From Anaerolineae bacterium (GTDB taxonomy: Bacteria; Chloroflexota; Anaerolineae; Epilineales; Epilineaceae), in assembly GCA_038913135.1 (NCBI GenBank), contig JBCLES010000003.1, forward strand, positions 27,696-91,695: DNA of 64,000 nucleotides, written 5' to 3'. The notes beneath the pieces were generated by a model, which saw only the letters and a program-made list of their open reading frames with translations, ran no database searches and was not told the DNA's origin. The position numbers and the translations under genes are program-made. This document shows, piece after piece, positions 45,069 through 53,131 of the stretch. The first letter of the stretch is position 1, and each line of letters begins with the position of its first letter.

Positions 45069-46628
45069 TCAGAGGGTCTTCATGTACTCAAGGAGCGCTT
45101 CGATGTCGTCTTCGCTCAGGCCTAAACCGTATTCGTGACCGCCGTTGCCGTTGCCCGGCAACGCTGTGTCGTATTCGGAGAATTTCAGCTCGCCTTCCGA
45201 CGGCTCATCGTGCACAAAGCCCACGTCCGCCTGGTCGTACACGTCATAGCCGCGGAAGAAAGTGGTCGGCCGTTCCGCGGGCGGGTCGAGGAGCGCGCGC
45301 AATGTCGGAACGGAGCCGTTGTGGAGGTATGGGGCGCGCAGCCAGATGCCGTCGAGCGGCTGATTGGCATAGCCGTTCGTCTTCTTGAAATGCTTGAACT
45401 GGTACTCTGAATTCGGATAGAGAGCGTACTGGTTGACTGAGAAGAGGTAGGTATACGAATTCAGGCGGAAGGGGTCGGTTCCTATGTCATCTATATCGAC
45501 GACGGTGCCGACATCGGCGCCGTCGAAGGCGTGGCAGCTTGCGCACTGCCTTTCGTAGATCGGCTCGCCTCGGGCAGCGAGGGCGTCGTCGATCGCGAAG
45601 GGGTACTCGGGCGGCGGCAGCTCCCAGATCCAATCCTTGACGCGATCAAGCCGTGGGTGGTCGATCGAGACCGGCGTTACTCCGGCACCGAGCGAGGCGC
45701 TAAGGTTGCGTTCGTCGACGCTCTCGTTATTGCCGTCCCAGTGGAGGTGCATGCCTTCGCGAGGCGCCTGGTTCCAGATCGAAGGGAAGTCAGATGCGCC
45801 CAGAAGCTCGTCGTGCGGCAGTTTCGAAAGGTTCCAGTTGAATTGCAGCGCCTTGTACGGGTTGAAGGTGTCGACGCGCCCGCGGCCCCAAGGGGTTACT
45901 TCGTCGCCCAGGATCATCCCGATCTGCTCGGTCATCGCCACCGATCGCTGATCGACCTGCTTACCTGGTCCCAAGAGCTGCGCCCGATAGATCAGCCGCT
46001 CGACGAACCCGATCCGCCCGTCGTTCTCCCGCGTGTGCCGCCGGACGGCGTCATAGGTAAGGCGCTCGTCCTGTCCGCAAGCGAGCAGGAAAGCTATCAG
46101 GGCTTGCATATCGAGCTGATTGGCAGGCATTCCGGCATAGACGACGGGCTCGCTGTCGTCGGTCTCGCGCACGGTTCCCGTATGGCAAACGGCGCAGTTG
46201 AGCCCGACCTCGTCCATACCGAGCCGCCGCCGGCGCGAGATGCCGATCGGTCGGTCGCGCCCCTCCTCCATGATCAGGCCTACGGCTTCCAAACCGCCAG
46301 GCGGGAGGAGATCGGAACAGACCTCCGGCATGGTCATGAAGATCCAATAAGGCGGCACGTAGCCGCCGGCGGGGTAAAGGACGCTCCCGCCGGTCTCACT
46401 GCCGATCGAGCCGTACTTGAATTGCTCGACGACGTCGTCGAAGTCCTCGGGCCGATCGAAGTTGAAGTAGCCGTAGACGAGGGCGAAGAGCGCCAGTAGA
46501 CAAAAGACGCTCAGCACGGTCGCCCGGCGGCGGTAGCGCGCTTGGTACTCGTCGACCGGCGACATGTAGACGTTGTCCTCCAAGACGCCGGCCGCGGTCC
46601 GTGTCCGTGCGGTGCCTCCGATTTTCAT
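45069..46628 (-). CDS. Membrane-anchored di-haem cytochrome c, CCP/MauG-like (tandem paralog)
   Basis: CxxCH twice (NCAVCHTGT; QCASCHAFDG), APYLHNGSVPTLRALL, and the same C-terminal ...GNGNGGHEYG...LLEYMKTL ending as its neighbour. GGAGG lies 8 nt before the ATG. Confidence 0.75.
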   Translation of the reverse strand: MKIGGTARTRTAAGVLEDNVYMSPVDEYQARYRRRATVLSVFCLLALFALVYGYFNFDRPEDFDDVVEQFKYGSIGSETGGSVLYPAGGYVPPYWIFMTMPEVCSDLLPPGGLEAVGLIMEEGRDRPIGISRRRRLGMDEVGLNCAVCHTGTVRETDDSEPVVYAGMPANQLDMQALIAFLLACGQDERLTYDAVRRHTRENDGRIGFVERLIYRAQLLGPGKQVDQRSVAMTEQIGMILGDEVTPWGRGRVDTFNPYKALQFNWNLSKLPHDELLGASDFPSIWNQAPREGMHLHWDGNNESVDERNLSASLGAGVTPVSIDHPRLDRVKDWIWELPPPEYPFAIDDALAARGEPIYERQCASCHAFDGADVGTVVDIDDIGTDPFRLNSYTYLFSVNQYALYPNSEYQFKHFKKTNGYANQPLDGIWLRAPYLHNGSVPTLRALLDPPAERPTTFFRGYDVYDQADVGFVHDEPSEGELKFSEYDTALPGNGNGGHEYGLGLSEDDIEALLEYMKTL

Positions 46629-46669
46629 GCGCGCCGCCTCCGTTGGCGTTGACTTTCGCCCGTTCTACT

Positions 46670-46837
46670 TCAACCGTTACGGAACATGAAATACGCTGCC
46701 AAAGCGACGACGACGATAACCGCGATGACGACCCATCGACGGTAGCGTGCCTGATAGAGGTCGACAGGCGACATGTAGACGTTGTCGACTAGATCCTTGT
46801 GGGCCGTCCGAGTACGCGCCTTGCCGCCGATCTCCAT
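46670..46837 (-). CDS. 55-aa single-TM protein duplicating the N-terminal leader of the downstream cytochrome (or 5' remnant of a lost third paralog)
   Basis: MEIGGKARTRTAHKDLVDNVYMSPVDLYQARYRRWVVIAVIVVVALAAYFMF compares with MKIGGTARTRTAAGVLEDNVYMSPVDEYQARYRRRATVLSVFCLLALFALVY. It has its own GGAGG RBS. A 20-nt identical DNA stretch (gacaacgtctacatgtcgcc) is shared. Confidence 0.45.
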   Translation of the reverse strand: MEIGGKARTRTAHKDLVDNVYMSPVDLYQARYRRWVVIAVIVVVALAAYFMFRNG

Positions 46838-46916
46838 ATCGTTTGCCTCCCTGACTAACCCGAGCTCCCGATTACGAACCTTTACTGGTCGCGCAACGCG
46901 ATTGGGGCTGCGCAAC

Positions 46917-46974
46917 ACGTATCAAGCGGAACACATCAAGCGACATACATAAAAAGTGACATACATATCAAGTG
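46917..46974 (-). promoter_or_regulatory. AT-rich repeat cluster (three ATCAAG-containing 12-mers, two GACATACATA 10-mers) between OYE gene and cytochrome cluster
   Basis: Plus strand: acgtATCAAGcg (46917), acacATCAAGcg (46931), acatATCAAGtg (46963), and GACATACATA at 46942 and 46958. This is the most AT-rich patch noticed in the window, and it overlaps the OYE stop codon. Confidence 0.3.
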
Positions 46975-48296
46975 AAGTGTGGCGGGTCGAAGACTGTCAT
47001 CGCCTCTTTGATCATGGCTTCATCGTTGCCGTCGAAGCGCCTGAGGTCGTAGCAGGCGAGCGGGTTGAACATGACGTTGACCAGGCAGCGGTTGCAGAAC
47101 GAGCAAGGCCGCTCCGGTTCTTCCGCGCCGGTCTCAAGGACGTTGGCCAAGTCGTTGTTAGCGATGAAGGGCCGGGCGATAGCGACGGCATCGCAGAAGT
47201 TCTCCGTGATGGCGCGGCGAATGACCGAAGCTCGCTGGAAGCCGCCGGTGTTGATCACAGGTACGTTGACACGCTCTTTGACCCACTTGGAGGCGTCCAT
47301 GCATACGCCCTCGATGGGATGCTTTTTCTTCGTCCGATTCCAGAGGGCCAGGAAGAGCGGCCTGAGGGCGCGGAAGTGGAAGAAGGTGTAGTTGGGCCAG
47401 TAGCCGCGCACACCGCTCGAAGCCATGCTGCCATACCACCAGCCGGCTTCGTCGAGCGGAAGGGCGCCCGAGGGCAAAAGCGGATGCGGGAAGAGGCTGC
47501 CGATGGATACGTGCAAGGCGTCGCAGCCGTCGCGCTCGGCCCACTGGAAGTAGTTGATGGTGGTTTCGAGGTCGTCGCCGGGCTTTTCCCAGGGATAGAG
47601 CGCGTTGCCGTAGTCGACTGCGCTGATCTTGGCCTGGAGGTGGAAGTCGTTGCCAACCTCCTTCCTAATCCCGGTGATGATTTCGCCGAGGAAGCGATAG
47701 CGATTCTCTACGGAGCCGCCGTATTCGTCCGTCCGATCGTTGATGCCGGAACTCAAGAACTGTGTGATCAAATAGCCGTGAGATGCATGGAGTTCGACGC
47801 CGTCGAGGCCGGCTTCGCGAGCACGCCGGGCGCCGTCGACGTATTGTTGGACGACCATCTTGATCTCGTCTTTGGTCATCGCCTTGCACAACAAGCCGTG
47901 GAATGTGTCTTTGTCGCTGGTCGATGACATGCCGACGTGAAGATGGTTTTCCAGCCCGGGTACGTCCTGCTGTCGCCCCGAGTGGCTGAGCTGCATGATG
48001 AACTTGCAATCGTACTTGTGGCACGCTTCGCCGACGGCACGCCAAAAGGGGATCTTGTCGTCGTTGTCGATCATGGCGTAATTGGGCTGAATACGCCCTC
48101 GCACGTTGATCGGTACGAACGAAGAAATGATCGCGCCCGCGCCTCCGCGCGCGAATTTGGTCTCCCAATTGAGCCGGGCCTGCGTCCCTGATCCGTCGTA
48201 GTTGTCGAACTTGCCTGAGATGCTCGACCGGAAGATCCGATTCTTGACAGTGAGGTTGGGGAACTCGAGAGGCTGGAAAATCGGGTCGTCGGACAT
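46968..48296 (-). CDS. NADH:flavin oxidoreductase, Old Yellow Enzyme family
   Basis: ATG at 48296 (MSDDPIFQPLEFPNLTVKNRIFRSSISG) after AGGAG. TIM-barrel OYE-like motifs (GLDGVELHASHGYLITQFLS). Confidence 0.9.
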   Translation of the reverse strand: MSDDPIFQPLEFPNLTVKNRIFRSSISGKFDNYDGSGTQARLNWETKFARGGAGAIISSFVPINVRGRIQPNYAMIDNDDKIPFWRAVGEACHKYDCKFIMQLSHSGRQQDVPGLENHLHVGMSSTSDKDTFHGLLCKAMTKDEIKMVVQQYVDGARRAREAGLDGVELHASHGYLITQFLSSGINDRTDEYGGSVENRYRFLGEIITGIRKEVGNDFHLQAKISAVDYGNALYPWEKPGDDLETTINYFQWAERDGCDALHVSIGSLFPHPLLPSGALPLDEAGWWYGSMASSGVRGYWPNYTFFHFRALRPLFLALWNRTKKKHPIEGVCMDASKWVKERVNVPVINTGGFQRASVIRRAITENFCDAVAIARPFIANNDLANVLETGAEEPERPCSFCNRCLVNVMFNPLACYDLRRFDGNDEAMIKEAMTVFDPPHFT

Positions 48297-48556
48297 GCGG
48301 CGCTCCTTACCGGGAAGTGGCCGGTCCGCGGACGAGCGGCTCATCCTCGTCGCGGCGCGAAGCGCCCGCATAACGTGGGGGCGACACGCGATGCGTCCAT
48401 TATCCACTTGGGAAACGGCGCGTCAAGAAGCTCTTCGGGAACCAGAAGCGGATCCACCGTGACCAGTGCTCAAGCCCGCAGTGATGGAAGCCTACCCGGC
48501 CGCGGTGAGGAACTATCGCAATCGTTCGAAAACGCCTTCCGCATGACAGCAATGCC

Positions 48557-48778
48557 GTGCAATGGTTCAGCGAAGAGCAGTTCGAGGCCTATCGGAAGCT
48601 CGATGAAGTGACGGTCTGCGGGTTGAAGATCTCGTGTGAAGCCGGAGAAGCGGAATCGCAGCAACCAAGAGTGATTGTCATGCCGCTTCCGGGCGAGGAG
48701 CAGATCGCCGATTGGTTCAGGCGGATGAAGAAGGCGATAATCGCTCCCCGATCGCTCGAGGAGACCCATACAACGTGA
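48557..48778 (+). CDS. Hypothetical 73-aa protein, possibly coupled to the downstream glycosyltransferase
   Basis: Non-Arg-rich, protein-like sequence (MQWFSEEQFEAYRKLDEVTVCGLKISCEAGEAESQQPRVIVMPLPGEEQIADWFRRMKKAII...). Its TGA overlaps the GTG at 48775 (GTGA). GTG start with no clear RBS. Confidence 0.3.
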   Translation: MQWFSEEQFEAYRKLDEVTVCGLKISCEAGEAESQQPRVIVMPLPGEEQIADWFRRMKKAIIAPRSLEETHTT

Positions 48779-50244
48779 TCGCCCGCCACGCCGGACTCGT
48801 CGCCGTCATCGCCCTCTATCTGGTCATCGCCGTCGCATACGCCTGGCGGATCCCGATCATGGAGGGCGCCGACGAACTCGGTCATGCGCTGTACGTCGAC
48901 CACATCGTGCGGGAGCGCGCGCTGCCGGCGATCGGTACGTCCTGGGAGGCGGTGCAACCTCCGCTGTACTACCTGGTCGCGGGGAGCGTCGTCGCTGCGG
49001 CCGGGGGACCGCGGCTCGTCCCTGAGACGTTGCAGGAGAATTCCGCCTTCAGCTGGGAGAATTTAGTCGTCGCGAATGTAATGGACCCCGCGAGCTATTC
49101 CCCCGCCGAAGCCCGGCCCTCTCGCCGGCTGCGCCTGTTGTCGACTCTCTTCGGCGTCTTCACACTCCTGCTGATACACGCGACCGCCCTCCAGGTTAGC
49201 GGCGGCCGGCGTCACCTTGCCCTGGGCGCAACGGCGCTGCCCGCACTTACGCCGCAATTCGCCCACCACCACGCCGTCATCACAAACGACTCGCTGTCCA
49301 CGCTGTGGTGCGCGCTCGTCACGTTGCAGCTCATCAAGGCGCTGTCCGGACGCCGACTGCGATCGGCGGTGTCGTCGCCGGCGGCCATAGGTGTAGTGGT
49401 GGGGCTCGGGATACTCACCAAGTATTCGATGGTCCCGGTGGGCGCCGTCGTCTTCGCCTCGCTGCTGCTCATGCCGGGCGACGCGCTTTCCCGGATCCGC
49501 CGCACGGCCGTGTTCGCGGCCGCCGCGCTCGCGATCTGCGGTGTCTGGCTGGCTTTGAACACATACCGATACGGAGGCCCGTTGGCCAACGTCGCTATGC
49601 GCGATGCCCATTCGGCGCTGGCCGTGGATGGGTCGATGCTCGACCTGGCCTTCGAGGGCGCCTTCCTGCTCAAGGTGTTCAAGAGCTATTGGGGTATGCT
49701 GGGTTCGATGACCGTGCCGCTCCACGTCGCAGCCTACGCTGCGCTCGCTCTCTTCACGATCGTCGGTGTTCTCGGCGTGCCGCTCGCACTTCGCCGTAGC
49801 GCGGTGCCGCGTCGTAGCGCGGCTGCGCTCGGAGCGATCTTCGCCACGACCTGGGTGGCCTTTCTGGCGCACAACGCGCACCTCAGTGCGGCGCAGGGCC
49901 GCCTGCTTTACGGGGCCCTGGCGGCGATCAGCGTGCTCCTCGTCGTCGGTTGGGCGGCCGTACTCAATGTGGCGGTCGTATGGGCGGGGCGCGACAGGTC
50001 CGGATTGCCCCCAACTGCCGTAGAATTCCTCCCCATCGCCGCGCTCGTCGCCGGCCTCTTCGCGCTCAACATCCACACGCTCGCCGGCCCTGTTCAGACC
50101 GCATTCCACTCGACCCCGTCGGCCGTGAGACCCTCCGAGCCCCCTCCGCTCGCGCTGGCTGTCCAGTCGTCCAGCGAATGTCATCCTTGTGGTCCTTTCG
50201 CGGTGTCGGATTTAGCCTATCCGACCCCTACACCTGGCCCATGA
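48775..50244 (+). CDS. GT-C fold membrane glycosyltransferase (family 39/ArnT/DUF2142-like)
   Basis: Many TM helices. N-terminal loop RIPIMEGADELGHALYV...QPPLYYL is typical of ArnT/PMT-like enzymes. The track ORF starts at TTG 48712. GTG 48775 is preferred (GAGGAG upstream, GTGA overlap), but the start is uncertain. Confidence 0.7.
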   Translation: MIARHAGLVAVIALYLVIAVAYAWRIPIMEGADELGHALYVDHIVRERALPAIGTSWEAVQPPLYYLVAGSVVAAAGGPRLVPETLQENSAFSWENLVVANVMDPASYSPAEARPSRRLRLLSTLFGVFTLLLIHATALQVSGGRRHLALGATALPALTPQFAHHHAVITNDSLSTLWCALVTLQLIKALSGRRLRSAVSSPAAIGVVVGLGILTKYSMVPVGAVVFASLLLMPGDALSRIRRTAVFAAAALAICGVWLALNTYRYGGPLANVAMRDAHSALAVDGSMLDLAFEGAFLLKVFKSYWGMLGSMTVPLHVAAYAALALFTIVGVLGVPLALRRSAVPRRSAAALGAIFATTWVAFLAHNAHLSAAQGRLLYGALAAISVLLVVGWAAVLNVAVVWAGRDRSGLPPTAVEFLPIAALVAGLFALNIHTLAGPVQTAFHSTPSAVRPSEPPPLALAVQSSSECHPCGPFAVSDLAYPTPTPGP

Positions 50245-50636
50245 CCGATCCGGCCGCAGAAGAGGAGCGTCAGCTGCGCGTCACGAAATTGATGGTCGTA
50301 GTGGTCCTGTTTCTCTCGGTGATGGCAGTGGGACTGATATGGCAACTGTCGCGCATGTCGTTGCCCGGCATGCCGGCATCGGGTGTACCGAGCGCACAAC
50401 AGGCAACAGCTTCCCCACTGATTATGGGAATGTCTTTGGCGGTGGATTCTTGGACCGGGTTCACGCTGACGGCAGCCTCGAGTACGATCCAGGGGACTGG
50501 AAGACAAGGTTTGCGGCAAAGATTCCGGAGTTCCACCCTTAGTGATCTTAGGGATTTCCATCGCAATTCAATGGGTCTTTGGCGCAAGACCCTGTCCGCT
50601 AGACCGGGACAAGCTCACCAGCGCAGCTTTTGCTAA
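50241..50636 (+). CDS. Hypothetical single-TM protein
   Basis: ATGA overlap with the glycosyltransferase stop. MTDPAAEEERQLRVTKLMVVVVLFLSVMAVGLIW; the distal half is compositionally poor, so it may be shorter or non-coding. Confidence 0.3.
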   Translation: MTDPAAEEERQLRVTKLMVVVVLFLSVMAVGLIWQLSRMSLPGMPASGVPSAQQATASPLIMGMSLAVDSWTGFTLTAASSTIQGTGRQGLRQRFRSSTLSDLRDFHRNSMGLWRKTLSARPGQAHQRSFC

Positions 50637-50665
50637 CATGCGCTTCGTGGTTCAGCACCACTGAC

Positions 50666-51349
50666 TCAGCCGGGCGATGACCCGCCCGCGGTATAATCGG
50701 TCACGTCGACTCGGTTGCTCTGGATTTCCAGCAGCACATCCGGCGGCACGAGCAGGCTGCCGACGTTCATCATGAAGTACTCTTTTACCGCCTTCCAGTC
50801 GTGCGGTCCTTCACCGGGCAGCGGCGCTTCCAAGTCCGCGTCAGCGAAGTAGGTCAGCGCACGCAGAAGCAGGCCTTCGTTCACGTCTTGCCGGTAAACC
50901 TGGCGAATCGACCGCAGACATTCGAGGACTCCAAGGCGCTGGCTTTGCAGCGTGACGTAGAGGTCGAAGAAGTCCCGGCGTGTCCCGCGGTCGAGAATGG
51001 CGTGAAGCTTGGTGGCAAGGATGCCGGTTGTACCAAGGCGCCGATCTACGACGTAGGGCTGCAGTAGTGGCAGCACGAATACCGACACGTTGATGCCGTT
51101 CCACCGGAAGTGAGCCGTGCCGCCGGCTCGTTCGCTGATCTCGACCTCGCCTGAATTCGACAGCTCGGTGATCAACGTGTCGAGTTCCTCGGGAGCATTG
51201 ACGCCGAAGTCAACGTCTCGGCTGGGCCGGTATGGGACGAGACTCCGCACCGCGTGGCCGCCGATTACAAACCAGAACGGCAGGTGGCGTACCGCTTCTG
51301 CCAGTTCGGTTGGGATCACTTGCTCCGGCGAGTATGCGCCTTCGTTCAT
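50666..51349 (-). CDS. Nucleotidyltransferase of the AbiEii/AbiGii toxin-like family
   Basis: FVIGGHAVRSLVPYRPSRDVDFGV (GG...R-x-S/T-x-D-x-D-F NTase motif) and KLHAILDRGTRRDFFDLY, both characteristic of DUF1814/AbiEii. Confidence 0.6.
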   Translation of the reverse strand: MNEGAYSPEQVIPTELAEAVRHLPFWFVIGGHAVRSLVPYRPSRDVDFGVNAPEELDTLITELSNSGEVEISERAGGTAHFRWNGINVSVFVLPLLQPYVVDRRLGTTGILATKLHAILDRGTRRDFFDLYVTLQSQRLGVLECLRSIRQVYRQDVNEGLLLRALTYFADADLEAPLPGEGPHDWKAVKEYFMMNVGSLLVPPDVLLEIQSNRVDVTDYTAGGSSPG

Positions 51350-51350
51350 G

Positions 51351-51893
51351 TCAGATCCCGCGCCGGAGCATCACGGCGCGCAAGAGCCCGTGGCTCTTTG
51401 GCCGCCAGCCTCGCATCCGATCGGCCTGGTAGAGATCGAGCCACGGCAGCCCGGCCGCGAAGCTCAAGGCGCGGATGTCGCCAAAGCTGAATGCGTAGAA
51501 CGCGAGCTGATGACCCGGAACCACACCGTCGAGGTCTAGGTTGTACAGGGACTCCCGCACTGAGTCGGGCAGCCCTGGGATGCGAACTTGCCGTGGCGGG
51601 CAGTTGGCCATGAACCGGTAGATCGTCGCCCGTGATGGCATCGTTTCGCGTTTCCGCCGACAGACCGCCGCGATCTCATCCAGCATCTCGCGCATCGGCG
51701 GGCGCTCTTGCCGCCGCAGCATGTCGAGCAAAGCGGCGGCGACCGCATCCGGCAGGCGCGACTTCCCGGCGTCCGAGCGGGGCCGGCGTGCCGTTGCCGC
51801 ACGTTGGGGTGGCAGTCGAAGCTCTGCCTCCTTCATTGATCGTTCTAGATCAAATGGTCGCATCATCGATTCATTGTAAGGCATCTCCTTCAA
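51351..51893 (-). CDS. Hypothetical HTH-like protein upstream of the AbiEii-like gene (candidate cognate antitoxin/regulator)
   Basis: One-nucleotide spacer to the downstream NTase start. SRATIYRFM is HTH-like. No recognisable AbiEi motifs. Confidence 0.4.
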   Translation of the reverse strand: MKEMPYNESMMRPFDLERSMKEAELRLPPQRAATARRPRSDAGKSRLPDAVAAALLDMLRRQERPPMREMLDEIAAVCRRKRETMPSRATIYRFMANCPPRQVRIPGLPDSVRESLYNLDLDGVVPGHQLAFYAFSFGDIRALSFAAGLPWLDLYQADRMRGWRPKSHGLLRAVMLRRGI

Positions 51894-52018
51894 TAATTCA
51901 AGACATCTAACTGACTAACACGGACAAAAATACTCAGAGCGTGAGACAGATCGTGCGAGCGACTCAGGCCGCATCGGAATCGGATCCAGCTAGGGTGGGA
52001 CTGAGCGTGGTAGAGAAG

Positions 52019-52120
52019 ACCCTGATTTCCTCTCCCGGGTCAGGCGTGGTAGGCTGGGAGCCCAGCAGCCAGCGAGGGTACTGGGCCGACAGGTTGAAGA
52101 AAACGGTCGTTTTCGAGACA
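52019..52120 (+). mobile_element. ~100-bp remnant homologous to the IS66-like fragment at 52786-52886
   Basis: Alignable by eye: cctgatttcct..cccggg...gtggtaggctgggagcc...ctgg.ccgac....aa.gaaacggtcg.tttcga.ac. It encodes YWADRLKKTVVFET, compared with DWPDAVKETVDFDT in the second copy. Confidence 0.45.
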
Positions 52121-52122
52121 AT

Positions 52123-52719
52123 GTGTGCAGGAGGTTGGCCGTGCATTCATATCTCCATCGAGGGATTGCCCTCTCAGCCGTAGGTTTCCTTATGACTGCC
52201 TCAGTTCTAATGGCTCAGGGGTGCCGATCGGCCAACAGCGGGCGCCCACCAGTACCCAACTCGGCCACGCAGACGGCGGACGCGATGAGTTTCGGCCGTA
52301 GAGCCCAGCCACCGGACTGCTCTGTTGAGCCCATTCGGACCGCCGACGGCTCCTATCCCGGCCCGGGCTTTAAAGGGATCGTCAGCGGCTTCGTGGCTGC
52401 CGGACTGGACTCGAGTTGCCAATGGCGGCAACGCAGCATGGCCGTCGAAGGCTCATCGGTCGAACTCTACGCGGCTGGCGCAGACGGTGAACACGGCGGC
52501 AGTGACGATCAGCTCGTTGCCAGGACGACTACAGGTCCTGCCGGTTGCTACGAAATTCACGACGTCGAAACCCCAGGCTCATATGTCGTCAGAATCGCCG
52601 GCCCCGACGTTGCGGTCTGCGACAGCGACAGCTATGAATACACAGAAGCCGGTGTGGCGCGCGCCGAGCTCCATCCCATTGCGGCAGTTGTGACGGCCAA
52701 TTTCGGGATTGCGCGGTAG
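52123..52719 (+). CDS. Secreted/lipoprotein with SdrD-B/Cna-B-like domain
   Basis: Signal plus MAQGC lipobox-like. VEGSSVELYAAGADGEHGGSDDQLVARTTTGPAGCYEIHDVETPGSYVVRI fits the SdrD B-like/CarboxypepD_reg pattern. Confidence 0.55.
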   Translation: MCRRLAVHSYLHRGIALSAVGFLMTASVLMAQGCRSANSGRPPVPNSATQTADAMSFGRRAQPPDCSVEPIRTADGSYPGPGFKGIVSGFVAAGLDSSCQWRQRSMAVEGSSVELYAAGADGEHGGSDDQLVARTTTGPAGCYEIHDVETPGSYVVRIAGPDVAVCDSDSYEYTEAGVARAELHPIAAVVTANFGIAR

Positions 52720-52725
52720 GGGGCG

Positions 52726-53131
52726 ATGGCTTTGTGGTTGACTGGGGCAGTCCCAGTCGAACGGCGAGACTATTACCGTCTCGAAACCCCTGATTTCCTT
52801 GCCCGGGCTCGAGGTGGTAGGCTGGGAGCCGGCAGCCCGCGCCGAGACTGGCCCGACGCGGTAAAGGAAACGGTCGATTTCGACACCGCGAGCTCGCATG
52901 TCGTGCCCGCCGACGAACAACCTCGTCGAGCGGTGTTTCAGCCGGGCCGTGATCTGGGGCATGAAGTGCTTCGGTACGGACTCTGAAGTAGGGAGTCGCT
53001 TCGTGGAACGCATTCTCTCCGCTGTGGTGTCACTCATGTTGCAGGAACGTGACGTCTTCGCGTTTCTTGTTCACGCCAGGGATGCTGACGTCCGCGCTGC
53101 GATGCCGCCTTCGCACTGTCCGTCCACGTGA
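52726..53131 (+). pseudogene. IS66-family-like transposase C-terminal remnant (frameshifted, 5'-truncated)
   Basis: Frame 2 reads PPTNNLVERCFSRAVIWGMKCFGTDSEVGSRFVERILSAVVSLMLQERDVFAFL, matching the TNN-x-x-ER...RK...G-S...G...L pattern of the IS66 TnpC C-termini. The upstream part (DWPDAVKETVDFDT) is in another frame. No catalytic region is present. Confidence 0.55.

Noticed and set aside
43597-46499. Plus-strand ORFs of 291 and 322 aa
   Set aside because: Both are antisense to the di-haem cytochrome genes, whose CxxCH motifs and paralogy establish the coding strand.
49063-50184. 373-aa minus-strand ORF
   Set aside because: Antisense to the multi-TM glycosyltransferase. Arg/Gly/Glu-rich junk-like sequence.
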